Source: the human T2T-CHM13v2.0 reference genome, Homo sapiens
Assembly (NCBI RefSeq): GCF_009914755.1
Contig: NC_060939.1
Direction: 5' to 3' (one strand)
DNA length: 64,000 nucleotides
Shown here: one piece after another, positions 30,124-42,767 of the stretch
Position numbering within the stretch: position 1 is the first letter of the stretch
How the letters are laid out: the number at the start of each line of letters is the position of its first letter
Notes under the pieces: model-generated
The model's input: the letters and a program-made list of their open reading frames with translations, nothing else
Told to the model about the DNA's origin: nothing
Databases searched by the model: none
Program-made: the position numbers and the translations under genes

Positions 30124-31123
30124 GGTGGGCGGCAAGCCACCCAGGCGCCAAGGCAAGAGACCAAGGACACGAGCTGTTCCAGTATAATAAAATATAAAAC
30201 AAGAATAGTTATACCATATAGATCTTAGAGATATATGAATATCATTAATCATTAGTTTGCAGTAATTACTCTTTATCCCAATATTATAATAATCCTCGCT
30301 GTACAATCATAACCTAGGAAAAACCAGGCCATACAGAGATAGGAGCTGAGGGGACATAGTGAGGTGTGACCAGAAGACAAGAGTGCGAGCCTTCTGTTAT
30401 GCCCGGACAGGGCCAGCAGAAGGGCTCCTTGGTCTAGCGGTAACGCCAGCATCTAGGAAGACGCCCGTTGCCGAGCGGAAGGTGGTCTAGCGGTAGCGAA
30501 AAGTGTCAAGGAAAAACACCCGCGACTTAGCAGACCAGGGAAGGGAGGCTCCCTTTCCCCGGGGGAGTTTAGATAAGACTCTGCTCCTCCACCTCTTGTG
30601 GAGGGCCTGACATCAGTCAGGCTTGCCCGCAGTTATCCGGAGGCCTAACCGTCTCCCTGTGATGCTGTGCTTCAGTGGTCACGCTCCTAGTCCGCCTTCA
30701 TGTTCCATCCTGTACACCTGGCTCTGCCTTCTAGATAGCAGTAGTCAATTAGTGAAAGTAGTAAAAGTCTCTGATATGCAGAAATAACGGCATAGGCTAT
30801 CTTTCTCTCTGTCTCCTCTCCCTCTCTGCCTCGGCTGCCAGGCAGGGAAGGGCCCCCTGTCCTGTGGACACGTGACCCACGTGACCTTACCTATCATTGG
30901 AGATGACCCACACTCTTTACCCTGCCCCTTTTGCTTTGTATCCAATAAATAACAGCGCAGCCAGACATTCGGGGCCACTACCGGTCTCCGCGCATTGGTG
31001 GTAGCGGTCCCCCGGGCCCAGCTGTCTTTTCTTTTATCTCTTTGTCTTGTGTCTTTATTTCTACACTCTCTCGTCGCCGCACACAGGGAGAGACCCACCG
31101 ACCCTGTGGGGCTGGTCCCTACA
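30124..31123 (+). mobile_element. Solo LTR13 (HERV-K13 / HML-4 class), about 1 kb, antisense to VPS13C
   Basis: Begins GTGGGCGGCAAGCCACCCAGGCGCC, ends GACCCTGTGGGGCTGGTCCCTACA; internal AATAAA near 30944; GTGA duplicated at both flanks; many intact CpGs. Confidence 0.85.
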
Positions 31124-32375
31124 GTGAAATATTTACAAGATGAATTCTTCCCTTTCTCAAGACTTGAAAATTCAACAACAACAACAACAAAAAAACTCTG
31201 TGAACTGTAAACCTTATCTGCTAAAGCAAATAGTTGTCAAAGAAGATTATATAGAATTTTCAATTTTTTGTAAAACTTGTCAACATCATGGATATCATAA
31301 AATGTCACCTATTTTATTAAATTAATATTCCCATTTGTTTACCCAAAAAAGTTTAAGACAAATTTCTTTAGCAATATTTTGAAAGAACAGGAAAAATCAA
31401 CTCAGATATCTTGCCTTCCAATTTTATTGAGAAATTAGGGTTATCAACAACAGACTGTGCAATAATGATAAAAGCTCGTGACTTCTAGCTTTATAGCAAC
31501 CACAAAAATAAAAGGCAGCAAAGCTTTACAGAGGCAGAGTTGTGAGCTGATAAAGCTAGGAGAATCCCTGATTGGATGTTCACTAGACACAATATGTGAA
31601 AGAAATGGGTTTATTTGCTCAGGCCTATTATAAAGTTAATGTTGGCCACTGGCAGAATACCTTATTCTAAAAATTTAAAAATGAGATGAAAGAAAGTCTC
31701 CTTTTCTAGATTTCACCAAAAAAAGACAAAAGGGGAAATAACATAAAATTACGACATTTTTAATTTCAGTTGTGAAAAACTTCAAAATCTTCAAGCAGTA
31801 TACTCCTCAATGTCATGGTAAAACCATTATCAGAAGAACAGAATATTGGCATCACCTTCGATGTTACCTAGTCCAACCTCCAATTTTAAAGATAAAAGAG
31901 AGTAACATTTGATGGCAATGGAACCTCTGACTATATCCATACGTTTTATCTTTTTAAAAAGAAAATGTCTAAAGTAAATATGGCATAATATTATAACATT
32001 GAAATATGAGTAATTACATGAAAGTATTATATCATCCAGTATGATTTAAACTTTTCAGAATTTAAAAATATTTTTTCTATAAAGTTTAAATTAAGATGAA
32101 GAAACTAAGGCCCAATAAGGTAAGTGGCTTGTCCAACACAGCACACCATTCACTAGGCCTATTCAGATTTCAGATTTGCTACTCCGGTGCGTTTTCAAGT
32201 TTCAAATGTTTACAAACTATAAGGAATCACTGGAAAGAATATTGCCAGTATTCTGAAGAAATACTTGATTTCTGCAGAAGATGCTGGTCATTTAATTCCT
32301 TAAATGTGTCTTTCTTTACTTACCTTTCCTTTACATTGTATTGAGTGTGGTGGGGGGATGTAAACAAAGAATGTA

Positions 32376-32680
32376 CAGTAGGCCCTCCATATTCACGGAC
32401 TGAACTAACTGCAGACCAAAAATATTTCGGGGGGAAAAAATAAAAAGTATCAATTCAGCAATAAAAAAATGCAAATTAAAAAACAACAGAACAACTATTT
32501 ACATAGCACTTACTTATTGGGTATTATAAGCAATCCAGAGATGACCAAAAGTATACAGAAGGATATGCATAGGGTACATACAAATACTAGGCCATTTTAT
32601 TTAAGGGACTTGAGCAACCTCCAATTTTGGTATGGTCAGGGGTACTGAAGCCAATCCCCCATAGATACCAAGGGACTATT
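32376..32680. mobile_element. MER2/Tigger-family DNA transposon
   Basis: TA|CAGTAGGCCCTCCATAT ... CCAATCCCCCATAGATACCAAGGGACTATTG|TA termini. Confidence 0.75.
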
Positions 32681-32744
32681 GTATTGTTGGGCAAACCACA
32701 GTGAACCAATCAAATGATCAGCCACCTATTAAAAACAGGCTCTT

Positions 32745-32928
32745 GCCAGGCACTATAGCTCACACCTGTAATCCTAGCACTTTGGGAGGCTGAGGCAGGA
32801 GGATCACTTCAGCCCAGGAGTTGGAGGCTGCAATGAGCTACGATCTTGCCACTGCACTCCAGCCTTGGCAACAGAGCAAGTCCTTGTCTCAAAAAGACAA
32901 GCCAAAAAAAAAACAACAACAACAACAA
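32745..32928 (+). mobile_element. Alu monomer (FRAM/FLAM-like)
   Basis: Single-arm Alu, (AAC)n tail, TSD CAGGCTCTT. Confidence 0.85.
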
Positions 32929-32959
32929 CCAGGCTCTTCCGTAATTCAGGGTATAAACA

Positions 32960-33272
32960 GCATTGCCCAATATATGTTCCATATACGTAATTATAAATTT
33001 TAGAAGCCAAGTTTAAAAAGAAAAAAAGTAAAACTAAAAAACACGGGAAATACACTTTAATATTATATTTAATTTAACCCAATATATTCAAATATTATTT
33101 CAACACATAAGCAACATAAAAATTATTGAGGTATTATTTTTTTCTCCTACTTCATTAGGAGTAATGCTTATTCAAAACGATGTTTTAATTCATACAGCAA
33201 GTCTCAATTAGCACTAACCTCATATCAAGTGCTCCACAGCTACAGTGGCTAGTGGTTACCCTAGTGGACAGG
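32960..33272. mobile_element. MER33/MER3-like hAT element
   Basis: End motif CAAGTGCTC..AGCTACAGTGGCTAGTGGTTACC..TGGACAG. Confidence 0.6.
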
Positions 33273-34246
33273 GGAAGTCTATAGCTATTTGTTGTTGCTT
33301 GAATTAAAAGCAGATCCATACATTTGAGTCGTTTTTTGAATTTTCCTCCAAAGCTGACAAAGTTCCCAAACCTTTTGTGGAGTGAGAAAGTCCCAAAGTC
33401 CTCAAAGCTTAACACGTAATTCATGCAAACGATTAAGCTCGTTGAAGAGTGTATGTTTAAGTACACTATTTCCTGAATACTTTTATACACTTAATCTCCA
33501 GGATAAAAACGTTGGCATAAATTCCTGAGCATGCAACCAAGCAGACACCTAATTAATGACGATGCTGGTCGAGGCTTGAATTTCTCTCTATTGCTCCAAA
33601 ACAAAATTCAAAATCCTCTTCGTATTGACGGAAAAGTAAATATTAAAGGAAGAAATCATTTTCACAGGAGCTGAAAGCATTAAGAGTAAGAATCCCTAAG
33701 CACACGCCTATCTTAAAGATCTCCTGCCCGTTCCTCTCCAAACCCGGTAATCCTAAAGAGAAGGAACCCAGTTCTTGCTCCCTGTAAAATGATAGTGAAG
33801 ATAACTGCGAGATGCAACTTCCTCCTTTTTTCTTAGTGCCACTTCGAGCGTATATGACCAGACAACCATGCTCACTCCACGCGATACCGAAACAGAAAGG
33901 GCTCTGTTTTTATGCTGTAGGGCCAAAGGGGCCACCCTGAGTGCAGCGAGAGGACCACAGAAACGGGCAGGGCGGGGACAGCAGGGCCAGGGCTTGGCCT
34001 CGGGGGACGAGAAAGGTGGGAACTTTGGCAGCGCGGGCGGGATCCCGCCGCATCTCCCCAGCCGGAGTCGGGACTGGGACCCCGAGAATCCGCGGGCGGC
34101 AGAGGCTCCCGCATCTAGCACCTGCCGCACCGGGATGGGGAGTCTCGGGCGGCGCAGGGAGCAGGGCCCGGGCAGAATCCCGGACGGAGCAGCCCTCGGC
34201 TGGGCCCTCAGCGCCCGCAGCCCACTGGCCGCGCCCTCTCGCTTAC

Positions 34247-34346
34247 CGCCCCAGATGCCCAGCTTCAGCTGGGACTTGTTCAGGTTCTCCACATAGTCCC
34301 CCAGGAAGCGGTTCAGCAAGTCCGCGACCACCGACTCCAGCACCAT
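34247..34346 (-). CDS. VPS13C: VPS13C coding exon 1 (100 nt), start of chorein-N domain of the bridge-like lipid transfer protein
   Basis: ATG at 34346 in strong Kozak context GCCACCATGG; translates [33 protein letters not shown]+G; donor GCG|GTAAGC; lies in CpG island. Confidence 0.97.
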
Positions 34347-34499
34347 GGTGGCGCTGAGGCACAAGGAGAGGGAGGAGCCGGAACCGCCCGGCGCAGCTGA
34401 GGGCTGCGACCAGCGCTGCAAATGACAGCCCCTCCGGCGCAGGCCCACCCCCGCGCCGCGCGCGTGACCCCGCCGGTGCGCAGGCGCGCTGTCGCCCGG

Positions 34500-34815
34500 C
34501 CGGTAGCTAAGGAGGCCCAGCTGTGATCCCGAGGCTTTGTAGGCGCCGCAGCCCTGGCCCTCTAGAGGCCGACGGAGGAGTGCGGGGGAAGTTAGCTTGC
34601 GCCTGTCTCGTCAGCTGTGCACGAGAAAAAAAAGGACCTTCGAGAAGAACAAGGGAGGGCAAGAGTTACCGAGTACAGGGACATCTATGTGGCCGCTCTG
34701 CTTTCCCGCCGTCACCTGCTGTTGAACTCCGGCCGCATCGCGGTGTCCGGAGCCGCCTGGCCTGGAGTATGCGCTGAGCGTCACCTAGGCAACCACCCCT
34801 GCACCTGTGGATCAG
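34500..34815 (+). ncRNA. Candidate first exon of a divergent lncRNA from the VPS13C promoter
   Basis: Plus-strand half of the CpG island with possible donor CAG|GTGGGG at 34815/34816; inference only, boundaries uncertain. Confidence 0.3.
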
Positions 34816-34899
34816 GTGGGGGAAAGGGACCGACCGCGTTCTTGTCCTGCTAGAGTTCGACTCCGCCTGGGGCTTGGTCTCTGCTTCTTGAAAACATTG

Positions 34900-35065
34900 T
34901 TTTTTTATTTTGTTTCTGTTTTGTTTTGTTTTGAGACAGGGTCTCGCTCTGTTGCCAAGGGTAGAATGCAGTGTCGGGATCATAGCTCACTACAGACTTG
35001 ACATCCTGGACTCAAGAGATCCTCCTGTGTCAGCCTCCCGAGTAGCTGGGACCACTGGCGCGCGA
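34900..35065 (-). mobile_element. Partial Alu (right arm, J-like) at the CpG island edge
   Basis: TTTTGAGACAGGGTCTCGCTCTGTTGCC...GTAGCTGGGACCAC. Confidence 0.85.
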
Positions 35066-38000
35066 CAAATAATTTGAAAGTGGGAGGAGGGGAACAGAAC
35101 CACATCAAATGGCAGATATCATAGAATGAGAACTGAATATACGCGTTTTGTGGGAAACGCGTTCTTTTCCCCTTTCTCTAAGATTCGCTTTTAATTCACT
35201 AGCCACTAACCAGTTACCTATCTCATTACAAATATAAAAAACAAAACGTAGTAGTGCCTTTTTAAGTATGAGTTACTTGTTATTTATATATCACTTTCTT
35301 CCATGCTATCGTTGAACTGTCTTTGATGTAGCACGACCTTAAAAGCAGAGCTTTTATACCACAAGATCTTTCAACCCTTGTGAAATTTAACCACCCATTG
35401 AGATTCACCTCTTTAGAGAACTAGAAATTTTTTCCTAAAATATATTTCAAAAAGTTGTTGAGATACAGTACACAGGAAGAAACCTAAGAAATGCTGATTA
35501 TTTGTAGTCACAAGCATTAATAAGTGCTTTGCTACGAGGAAGTGTCTGAGAAACTATTCGTGTATTTTTCTTAAACAACCTAGGCTTGCACAGGATCACA
35601 AAGAAAAATCTTAAATTCAAAGTCCGCTGGAGAAGAAAGAAAATCAAAATGGCTACAATTGGTGTTGTGTATTAAATAAAATTAAAAGTACAAAGAAAGA
35701 CCCAGTCAGTACTAACTAGTACTATCAAGATCACATTCCTCTCCCACTTTTGCACACTCCATTCCTCTTTAAGAAGATAAATCCTTAACCGTCTGTTTTT
35801 CCTAGCTGGTCACAAAGACAAAATACTAGTAAGTACTTTGGATTTCTTCACCATCCACAACCAAATAACAGCCTAACCTGTCTATTTTGCTTTTGCCATC
35901 TTTCCTAAATTCTCCATGTTTTTCTTCTGGACCATGCCATCCATCTCCTTGAAATTCACTTCCTAGCCTCCAGTTATTCCTTCCTCCAGTCTATTCTCAT
36001 GAACACCGGATGTGTTTTCCCAAAGCACAGGTGAGCTTAGGTTAGTCACCTGCTCAAAAACATCCAATAACTTCCCAGTGTTTAGAACACTCTCTTCAAA
36101 CTTTCTCCACGTTCTTTCTAGTCATACACTCTAACAATCCCGCTTCCTTTTTACATTCACACTGACTATGCTCCAAGAGGAATGTAAAGAAGCAATATAT
36201 GTTCTGGTTGAGATAAGGCATGTACCATAAAAAGTTAAGAAAGAAGCCAATCCAAGGATGTATGAATAACAGTATAAGATGATAGGAAAGATGGCACAGG
36301 CAACATAGCTTGGTCAAGCAGGTGGAGCAATAGGCACAATCTTTTGGGAGAAGTGAGTAACACTAATGCTTTGTCTAATAAAGTAATTCCTTACAGTTCT
36401 ATGGTATAACTTGGTAATTTTGAAAGAATAATGTGTAAATGTGCTTTCATATGCATCATTCAATTTTATTATGTTTCAGTTATACTTTGTAAGGCCTCAT
36501 GTCATTATTATGCGAAGGTAGGCATTTTTGTGTACTCCTCACAAAAGAGCTGTGAGGTAGCTAATGCAGGTAGTAGTATGGTCCTCATTTTACAGAAAAA
36601 TTAAGCTCGGGAATGTTAAGTGACTTACCCAAAGTCACACAGCAGATATTAATTTCCTTTGATTCTCTGAGCACTGCCACCCTTTTCTCTTCTGGTAATT
36701 ATACAATTTAATCAACACTGGGCTATTAGTCATTTTCAGAGATCTTACTTTGAAAGGTTCATGACAGAAAAAATAAATCTCAGAGTGGAAAATTTGGCTC
36801 TACATTTTTGGTACAAAAAAATGCTATTATCATGTAGTATAAAAAGCTTTAAATTTTACTATTTTCCATTTTCAGCATGTTTTAAGGGATTGATTATGTG
36901 CATTCAGTAATGCCCCAAATCTTCCATTATTTAACAAGTCAGAAATATACAGTCCCAATTTAAAACAAACTATAACCAATGTCAAGAAACACCATTAGCA
37001 CCCTTATGTATGGCATTATATCAGAAATAATTTGGATAACAGAGGTTAAAGAAAATGAGCATTCTAATTAATTATAGTTCTTGCCTTCATTCTGGCTTAA
37101 GAACAATGAGAATGACAACAAAGGAAATTACAAAACTAAACTTCAATGAGGGACTAAACAATAAAAACAGATGAGCAAAGTATTTCTGTTAAAAACAAAA
37201 GTATAAGTTAGGGACACTTAAAAATTAACTCAAAAGTGTTTAAAAAAAAAAAAAACAACTTCACACTAACCACCACCCATACCCTATTCCCCAACCCTAG
37301 AGTTTTTGGAGAAAAGCAGAAGGAATTTGGGGGAAAGGAAATGGAGGAGAAAGCTGGAGTATAAGCCATGACACCATGGACTGCAGGAAAAGTTAGGGAG
37401 GTTAACTAGGAGAAAGCACGGGAGTGGATTTCAGAATGTTAGTGCCAGAGGGAGGATCATCCTGTTAATCCAGCCCCCTCAATTGACAGATGGAGACACT
37501 GAGTGCCAGGGAGAATTAAGGGTTTGCCCAAAGTCCCACAAGTTAGTGACTGTCAGAGCAAAAACCCAAACCCAAGTGTCCTGACTCCCTGCTCTGTATT
37601 CTTTCCAGTACCCCATACTCTAGTTGTGTTGAACAAGATGCATAAGTCAGAACACTGGTGTTTTATTGGTTGTAATCTCTCTTCTTGCTTTCCTTGACAC
37701 TCAACCTCCTATATTTTTGTAAGTATGCTTTAAAATGTTTAATTTCCTTTTACTCTTAGAGCACCTCTGGTCTTGATGGTATGTGGTCTATTCATGCTCA
37801 CTTTACAGAATTGTTTTCCAGCTCCAATACTGGATGTTCCCACAGCTACAGCTGGGAGCTTGGAACAGCCACTGTCTTCCTGTGAGTAGATTTGTGTGTT
37901 CCGGGCACCCTGTTACACCATTCTCCCAAGTACTGGGTGGTTGGTTCGTGCTTCCGAGTTAAGTAAAACATAAGGCTTAACAGGGTCACAGGGACCAGCC

Positions 38001-38571
38001 ACGCAATGGCAAATCTCTGCTATTTTCAAAAAATCATGTACAGGAAATGCTATTAAGGTGTTACTAAAGAAGGTGAATCATTAATAAAAACAAAGTAGAT
38101 CTGCTTTGCTTGCCTGAGGAGAAAAATGTTTTTAAAGGAATCCATGTATGAATCAGCTAATCCCTGCCCAAGCAAACATTCATAATAAAATGATAGTAAT
38201 AATAATAACTGTTAGCTAGTGTTTAACTGCCAACCAAGCATTTTCATGCATATCTTTTTAACCCCCACAACAATCTTAATGTGGTCGGTATTATTACCCT
38301 CATTTTATAACTTGAGCTCAGACAGGTTCATTAACTTGCTTAACAACTTTTCAGCCAACTTCTCAGACTGTAAACTCTGATCTGTGCTCCTAATCACTTT
38401 AACCAAGAGCTCTCAACAGGGCTAACAACATTCTTGTCTCCCAGGAAAAGCTGAGTCAGAACACATGCACATGGCCCTCAAGTATATAATTTGATAAAAC
38501 TTTTCCCATAGATTTAGCCCTGGCCCAAGAATTTTGGCAAAGAGTAGAGGTGATTTCAAGACAAAGAAGTA

Positions 38572-38868
<297 letters not shown>

Positions 38869-38943
38869 TAGCTATTCAAGGACACAGTAAATCCAGAGAC
38901 CCACCAATCCTGCCCCCTACTAGAAACATATAAGTAATGTTCA

Positions 38944-39268
<325 letters not shown>

Positions 39269-40919
39269 TCACGCCTGCCTCACCCAGATGGAATTCAAAT
39301 AGTTTATCCTCATCATTTTACTCCATCATTTATGGATTTACATAGCTGATATGATCTTGTACAGCCAACCTGTATCCACTTGCCTAACATGATGGCTGGA
39401 ACCTAGAAAACATTCAGTACATGTTACTTTGAATGAATGAACTAATGAGCATTTGCTCTCTTCTGTAATAATAATATTATATCCGACATTGTGTATGTCA
39501 TGCCCTATGCTGAACTCTTCATATTCACCATCTTACTTTATACTCATGATAACCCTATAGGTTGACACTATTATTAATTTTAAATTTGATACTGTGGCTT
39601 AGAACAGTTAACTTGCTCAAGGTCACATAGCAACCATTCTGGCATTAACAGTAGATCCAATTTCAGACCCAATTTTCTTAACCACTATACTTTACAACTT
39701 TCCTTCTATCTTTATTAATAATAATCAGTTCTATGTATTTAGCACTTACCATGTTACATGGTGCAAAATATTTTACATTATTATTTCCCCAAACAGCTCA
39801 TTTATACCCATTAGTAGGTATGATTTCCTCCATTTCCCATCATTATGTGACCTTGGATAAGATACTTGACCTCTGAAACTGAGTTTTCATCTATAAAATA
39901 AGGATGATCCGAATATGCAGGGTTTCTGTGACAGTTCTACAGACTATATGTAAATCATCTAGCACAGTGCCTGTGTGTCCTGGAAACAAAATGCACATGC
40001 CCTATCCTGAAATCATTTTTGCATGAATTCAATTTAATTCATTAAATATTATTTAGACAAGTGAATAGTTTGCAAGGCAGTATCTTAGGCAGAAATATCT
40101 GCCTGAACGCTGAACAAAATGCCTCAGATCTCTTTCAGCCTGAGCTAACTGGAAGCAACTCTCTTACAAAATGAACACAGGTTAGTTTTCAAAAGGAAGG
40201 AAAAGGGTCTCTCTGGTGGGCACAGCCTAGAAAGGCCAGATGTAGTCAGGGCGCCTCCAAAGGATGATTCCAACTGCCCAGATGCATGCAAGTGTACATT
40301 TTCCCGATAAAAAATCAGCACACATGGCTTAAGAAGTAGATTGTGATTTTTTAAATTGATGTATAACATACAATAAAGTACTCTAATCTTAAGTGTACAC
40401 TAGTTGATTGTTTTTACATATGGATACACCTCTGTAACTCCACCCTGATCAAGACGTGAAATGTTCCCCCTAACCCAGAGGGGTTTATAATCAGAAAAGA
40501 ACATCTAAAATCAGAACTGAAAACCGGAAAGCAAGTAAAGAACTTCGAAAGCTGGGCAACTGGGAAGCTGGATTTGGGGAAGGGTATTAGGCAAGAATAA
40601 GACAAACCGGACTTGTCTTCATTTTAATGGTGAATGTAGAGTACTTCTACGTGCTCACATTCATTACGCCCGTCGATCCTCACAATGACTCTGCGGTATA
40701 GTAGAGACTTAATACCATTTTGCATGTGAGGAAACAGAAACTTGTTCGGGGTTTCCGAGGAAAACACCTCCACCTGAAGCCGGAGAGAGAAAGAACTGGG
40801 TCTCCAAACCTTGCTCAGCAAATCCAGCCACGTGGCAGAGGGACAGGGAAGAGCCTGGTGTCAGGTTACCAGGCAGCGCCCCTCTGCTCGGCCCACTGGC
40901 AAGCGCTCCCAGCGGCAGG

Positions 40920-40927
40920 TATAAAAG
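40920..40927 (+). promoter_or_regulatory. TATA box of C2CD4A
   Basis: Consensus TATAAAAG about 30 nt upstream of an initiator-like CA near 40949-40950; palindromic GCCACGTGGC E-box at 40827-40836. Confidence 0.85.
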
Positions 40928-40949
40928 CTCAGGCTGGCAGTCCTTGAAC

Positions 40950-41061
40950 ACTGGTGCTGAACCCCGCCGCGCGCGCTTTGAATTTCCCAGCCGCTAAGCG
41001 CCTCTCCTGGTCGGTGTCCCAGGCAGAAAGGTGCAGAGACCCATCTGACGCAGGACTCCAG
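40950..41061 (+). other. C2CD4A: C2CD4A non-coding exon 1 (5'UTR); exon 2 begins at 41558
   Basis: Follows TATA box; donor CAG|GTATTT at 41061/41062; acceptor CCTTGTGCCTTTGTGCACTGCAG| ends at 41557. Confidence 0.7.
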
Positions 41062-41519
41062 GTATTTTAGGAGGGACCCATCGGCTTGCTTAATTCCCTG
41101 GGGGATTCGTCTGAGGCTCTTTGTCTCTGCAAGGGGAGAACCAGCCACAGTTTCCCGGAAGGAATAACAATTACTTTAATTCTAGCTGAGGACTAGACTG
41201 CTATGGTCCAAAGAGTCAGGAAACGATTGCAAGGCAATCGTTGGCACAGAGAACAGAGCGACTGAAGTTACAATCCAGCATTTTGTGAATCTCTGCCTTA
41301 GGCCAGCCAGGGCGGAGAGGGATTAAAACAAGCTCCGAAGTGTGTATTACAACACAGTTGAGATAGGACAAAAGAAAAACAGTTGTTTTTCGCTCACTGA
41401 AAAAATAGTTTGCAATAGCGGCAAGCAAGAGCAGTTTGCCTTGTTTCGGGAAAGGCAGGAAGAAACACCCCGAAAGTATTAATAGGAGAAAAGGAACAGG
41501 ATTTACTGCACCTTGCGGG

Positions 41520-42760
41520 ACTCGCTCTGACGATCCTTGTGCCTTTGTGCACTGCAGGTAGACAAGCTCCAGCAGAGAGTGGCCAGATGTGGTGCCTGGA
41601 GCGACTCCGCTTGGGTCCTGAGTGCCTTCGGCGGAGCGGAGACTGGCTTCTCCCGGGTCGGGCCCGCGGAGCCAAGTCTCGCACCACCGCCGCGTGCGCA
41701 AATGTGCTCACTCCGGACCGCATCCCTGAGTTCTGCATCCCGCCACGGCTCATGCCCCGCCTGGCCTTGGCTGCGCTCCGGAATTCTTGGGTCGAAGAAG
41801 CAGGGATGGACGAGGGCGCCGGCCGCACAGACTGGGACCCGCGCTCGCAGGCCGCGCTGTCACTGCCGCACCTGCCCCGTGTGCGCACCGCCTACGGCTT
41901 CTGCGCGCTGCTCGAGAGCCCGCACACGCGCCGCAAGGAGTCGCTCCTGCTCGGGGGCCCGCCCGCGCCCCGGCCCCGGGCCCACACCTACGGCGGCGGC
42001 GGCGGCCCGGACGCCCTCCTGGGGACCCTGCGCGTCCCGCGAGCTCCGGGCCCGGCGACCCCCGCGGCCCCCGGCTGTCCCCGCCCGCCCCAGGACGCGC
42101 TCGCCCGGCGGCCCCGCGGCTGCCGCCTCCTGCGCGTCCCCGACGGGCTGCTGAGTCGCGCGCTGCGGGCTGGGAGGAGTCGCCGCCTGACCCGCGTCCG
42201 CTCCGTCTCCAGCGGGAACGAGGACAAGGAGCGCCGCGCGGGCTCCCAGTCCCCGGCCCGGGCCCCCTCCACGAGCCCGCCGTCGTCCCGGGTCCCGTTT
42301 CCCGAGCGCCTGGAGGCCGAGGGCACCGTGGCTCTGGGCCGCGCCGGCGACGCCCTGCGCCTGGCCGCCGAGTACTGTCCGGGAACCGGGCGGCTCCGCC
42401 TCCGGCTGCTCCGCGCCGAGAGCCCGGCCGGAGGCGCCCCCGGGCCCCGAGCCGTCAGCTGTCGCCTCAGCCTCGTCCTGCGGCCGCCGGGCACCGCGCT
42501 TCGGCAATGCAGCACTGTGGTGGGGCGCAGCCGCAAGGCCTCCTTTGACCAGGACTTCTGCTTCGACGGCCTCTCGGAGGACGAAGTGCGCCGCCTGGCC
42601 GTTCGAGTCAAGGCCCGGGACGAGGGCCGCGGCCGGGAGCGGGGCCGCCTGCTGGGCCAGGGTGAGCTGTCCCTGGGCGCCCTCCTGCTGCTCTGAGGGC
42701 CCAGCCCTCCCCGGGGCGCTCTGCCCGGGGGACTCCGGACACTGACAGCCGCGTGGTACA
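41520..42760. promoter_or_regulatory. Intragenic CpG island covering the C2CD4A CDS
   Basis: Extreme GC/CpG density ending abruptly near 42760. Confidence 0.9.
41587..42696 (+). CDS. C2CD4A: C2 calcium-dependent domain-containing protein 4A (NLF1), 369 aa, single coding exon
   Basis: First ATG of ORF 41539..42696 is at 41587 ([12 protein letters not shown]...); family motifs [15 protein letters not shown] and [18 protein letters not shown]; C-terminal C2-like domain ([24 protein letters not shown]...LLGQGELSL); adjacent to VPS13C. Confidence 0.95.
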   Translation: MWCLERLRLGPECLRRSGDWLLPGRARGAKSRTTAACANVLTPDRIPEFCIPPRLMPRLALAALRNSWVEEAGMDEGAGRTDWDPRSQAALSLPHLPRVRTAYGFCALLESPHTRRKESLLLGGPPAPRPRAHTYGGGGGPDALLGTLRVPRAPGPATPAAPGCPRPPQDALARRPRGCRLLRVPDGLLSRALRAGRSRRLTRVRSVSSGNEDKERRAGSQSPARAPSTSPPSSRVPFPERLEAEGTVALGRAGDALRLAAEYCPGTGRLRLRLLRAESPAGGAPGPRAVSCRLSLVLRPPGTALRQCSTVVGRSRKASFDQDFCFDGLSEDEVRRLAVRVKARDEGRGRERGRLLGQGELSLGALLLL

Positions 42761-42761
42761 A

Positions 42762-42767
42762 AATAAA
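42762..42767 (+). terminator. Proximal poly(A) signal of C2CD4A
   Basis: AATAAA 65 nt after the stop codon, followed by GT/T-rich GTGTATTTGTTGTTCTT. Confidence 0.6.

Larger units (their letters stand above)
33930..34870. promoter_or_regulatory. CpG island / TATA-less VPS13C promoter
   Basis: Very GC- and CpG-rich; NRF1-like TGCGCAGGCGCG 34477-34488, GC box CCCCGCC 34468-34474, E-box-like CGCGTGAC 34461-34468. Confidence 0.9.

Noticed and set aside
33753-34448. 231-aa ORF spanning VPS13C exon 1
   Set aside because: Only 34346-34247 is coding. The upstream part starts at a GTG near or before the likely TSS, and the downstream part is GC-rich intron read-through past a strong donor.
41539-41586. 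16-aa N-terminal extension of C2CD4A in the ORF track
   Set aside because: Starts at a GTG inside intron 1, upstream of the acceptor at 41557; the first ATG is 41587.
41216-42761. Several long overlapping ORFs (161-257 aa) on both strands over C2CD4A
   Set aside because: Expected stop-codon scarcity in extremely GC-rich DNA; low-complexity Arg/Pro/Gly products with no recognisable domain.
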